Shown here: positions 22,064-24,013 of the stretch, in pieces
Layout of the letters: each line of letters begins with the position of its first letter
Position numbering within the stretch: position 1 is the stretch's first letter
Assembly: GCA_038143065.1 (NCBI GenBank)
Contig: JAYQLI010000003.1
Location: 1 to 24,013 of the forward strand
From: Rhodospirillales bacterium
Lineage (GTDB): Bacteria > Pseudomonadota > Alphaproteobacteria > Bin95
Direction: 5' to 3'
Length of the DNA: 24,013 nt
Program-made: the position numbers and the translations under genes
Notes under the pieces: generated by a model
What the model saw: the letters and a program-made list of their open reading frames with translations, nothing else
What the model was told of the DNA's origin: nothing
Databases searched by the model: none

Positions 22064-22094
22064 AATGCCCTCATCTAATGAGATCCTTCCCCCA

Positions 22095-22529
22095 ATGACA
22101 CAAATGACAGGAATGACAGCTAATCCATAAACCTCTGCCAACTCTCCTCACATACGACTTTCCATTTTCTTTGTCATTTCTGTCATTCCTGTCACACACC
22201 CATTTAAAAAGATCACAAATACTATCACTCGTATTTAGGCACCGGCTTTGCCTAAACACGTTTATGGGCATTTTAGTGATTCATTGAATTGCACTTAAAT
22301 GGCAACTGATAGTGGTTAACAGTGTCAGAGACTGATCTGTGTAATTGTCTATGTATATATACGTGTGGCAGGGGGTGGATCATGCCCACCCGTACTGATG
22401 TACAAACTGATGTACACATCGTGCCTGTTGACAGTGACTAACCAATACGTAACCTATTGAAAGTACAAACAGTGAGATGTGCATTAAGTGCTGTACAAAA
22501 GGCAATTAGTCCGCCCCCGGGCACCACTT
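22095..22529 (+). repeat. ~430-bp element-end repeat, copy 2, ending in att core C (AGTCCGCCCCCGGGCACCA, tRNA-Phe 3' end, 22508-22526)
   Basis: Inverted copy of 14173-14602. Iterons ATGACA at 22095, 22104 and 22113, and TGTCAY at 22172, 22181 and 22190. ACTGATGTACA x2 at 22394 and 22406. Confidence 0.95.
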
Positions 22530-22607
22530 TCCTTGTTTCACATTACCTATCTCACTGTTTGTAAACGATTGATGTGTTTGCAGGTGGTGAGTGAGGTGAG
22601 TCAGCGC

Positions 22608-23017
22608 ATGTTCAAATGGGTAGCTGCATTTGTACTATCTTTCGCTTTCCCTCAGTTGGAATCCCATGGATGCTTTATTTGCTCCACACGAGCAAACAAG
22701 AAGCCCGTCAACATCAACTAAGTAGCGGTTACCGAACCCTTGGTTCAGAAAAACCTGGAGACTTCTCTTCGCAAGAGGAATTCAAGAAGGAAATAAATAA
22801 GCAAGTGGATAATCTTGAGGGTTATTGGCGTCAGGGACATCTCTCTAAGGTTAGCGACTTTGACCCCAGTTTTGTTCCTTTAGATGGAATAAACTGGAGC
22901 AGGAAAATCTACACAAATAAATGTCAAAAGGTTGGAAGAAATCCCATACCTGAACTTTTAGAAGATTTTGACCACAATGAAACTGTCGCATCTGAGGCAT
23001 TGGACTCCAAGTGTTGA
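22608..23017 (+). CDS. Hypothetical exported protein, frameshifted
   Basis: Signal-like start MFKWVAAFVLSFAFPQL after a GAGG-containing upstream region, continuing into ORF 22616..23017. It may extend further. Confidence 0.4.
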
Positions 23018-23704
23018 TTTACTCTCAGGCATTATGAGTAAAACAAAAGATAGTATAATTAAGAGATTAAAATTAGTGAGGACCGTTTGAGCATTTTAAA
23101 AGATTATAATCACGACTTAGCCTCGTCCGAAAATCAAATGGTTAATGTGCATTGTGAAAACAGAGTTTGGAAAATTAGCATCGTTAAATCATTGCAATTA
23201 TTGCATGGTGACAAAAGAAGGTTGCTAACTGCGAGAGGTTACAAGAGAGTCCTGAAACTTCTTTCAGTTTATCATTCAGCAATACTTCAAGAGTAGACGG
23301 TGAAGAGAAGTGAATTTTCTGGAAAACTTGGCAGAGTTTTGATAAATCTTTGCGTGAATTTATAGTTAAATTTTAATTTGATTTACCTTGGTCTGCTATA
23401 TATAGTTTTGCTTTCCTCAGTAGCTACATAGCTATGAACAGAATTCCAAATGTTGATTGGTTTTTTCAATTGGAACTTCTATCGCTATCAATGATTGGCT
23501 TTGGGATGTTAATCGTCGGTTGCTTACAACGTCTCTATGCTTTGGAACTGTCAAATTGATTTTACTATCCAAAGCGGTAAGGCCAAGGGTAAGACTTAAG
23601 CTAGTTGTCTGCGGTGTGACTTTCCCTATCTTAATGCTTGGCTTCGATGCTGTTTCTCATGCTGCTCGTTGCCTTATCTAAATAAAAACTATTGGTTTCA
23701 TGAA

Positions 23705-24013
23705 TCAAACATACTGGTAATGCTGAAGCTTATCACTATACCCCTCACCCACTTTGCCTGAAGACCACCCCCCAATTTGGTCAATCATATCTGATGGACA
23801 ATTTACTGCACGAAGCCTGTCACGCATAGAATGTCGAAATGAGTGGATGACATAGTCTGGTCCTGCTACCTGCTTCAGCCATTTGTTTAGAGCAGCACTA
23901 GCAGAGTTAGAATGCACTCCTTTTCATCACAATATCTAGGAAATAAGAAGGGGCTATTACTGGCTGCATAAGCCTGTCTAGCTGCCCAGAGTGACACACC
24001 AACCAATGGAACC
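23705..24013 (-). CDS. Second tyrosine integrase (C-terminal part; runs off the window), homolog of 12935..14091
   Basis: NSASAALNKWLK..VIHSFRHSMRDRLRAVNCPSDMIDQIGGWSSGKVGEGY, preceded by PLVGVSLWAA. Confidence 0.9.

Noticed and set aside
22095-22420. CRISPR array
   Set aside because: The repeats are 6-11 bp with 9-12-bp periods, there are no unique 30-40-bp spacers, and no cas genes are present.
23087-23681. Small ORFs 23087..23296 and 23457..23681
   Set aside because: They are short, AT-rich, use alternative starts and have no motifs, so they cannot be distinguished from noise or decayed fragments.

Overview
This looks like marine Rhodobacteraceae (Roseobacter-type) DNA. Nearly every gene is split by 1-bp indels, most simply explained as uncorrected long-read error, so CDS calls were stitched by hand across frames. 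The left half (1-12.3 kb) is a sulfonium/betaine catabolic cluster: a ProXWV-type ABC transporter, a sterol-desaturase-family gene, a GcvA-type LysR regulator, and a divergent operon encoding a DmdB-like CoA ligase, a DMSP-lyase-family cupin, DmdD, a bifunctional hydratase/3-hydroxyacyl-CoA dehydrogenase and a thiolase. The right half (12.4-24 kb) is an integration hotspot with four tRNA-derived att cores in alternating orientation: tRNA-Met 3' half (-), then tRNA-Phe 3' ends (+, -, +). It contains (i) a tyrosine integrase bracketed by ~50-bp inverted repeats; (ii) an 8.36-kb cassette bounded by ~430-bp inverted repeats, each holding an att core, arm-type repeats and an iteron array; and (iii) a second integrase at the window edge. 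Inside the cassette, an NrtR-type ADP-ribose sensor plus ADP-ribosylglycohydrolase is transcribed divergently from a P4/D5-family helicase across a tandem TAGTAT-N7-ATACTA palindrome. The best candidates for new biology are an invertible, satellite-like element whose replication may be gated by ADP-ribose, and a possible beta-oxidation route for a 3-hydroxy-sulfonium such as gonyol. All family assignments come from motif recognition, not database searches.
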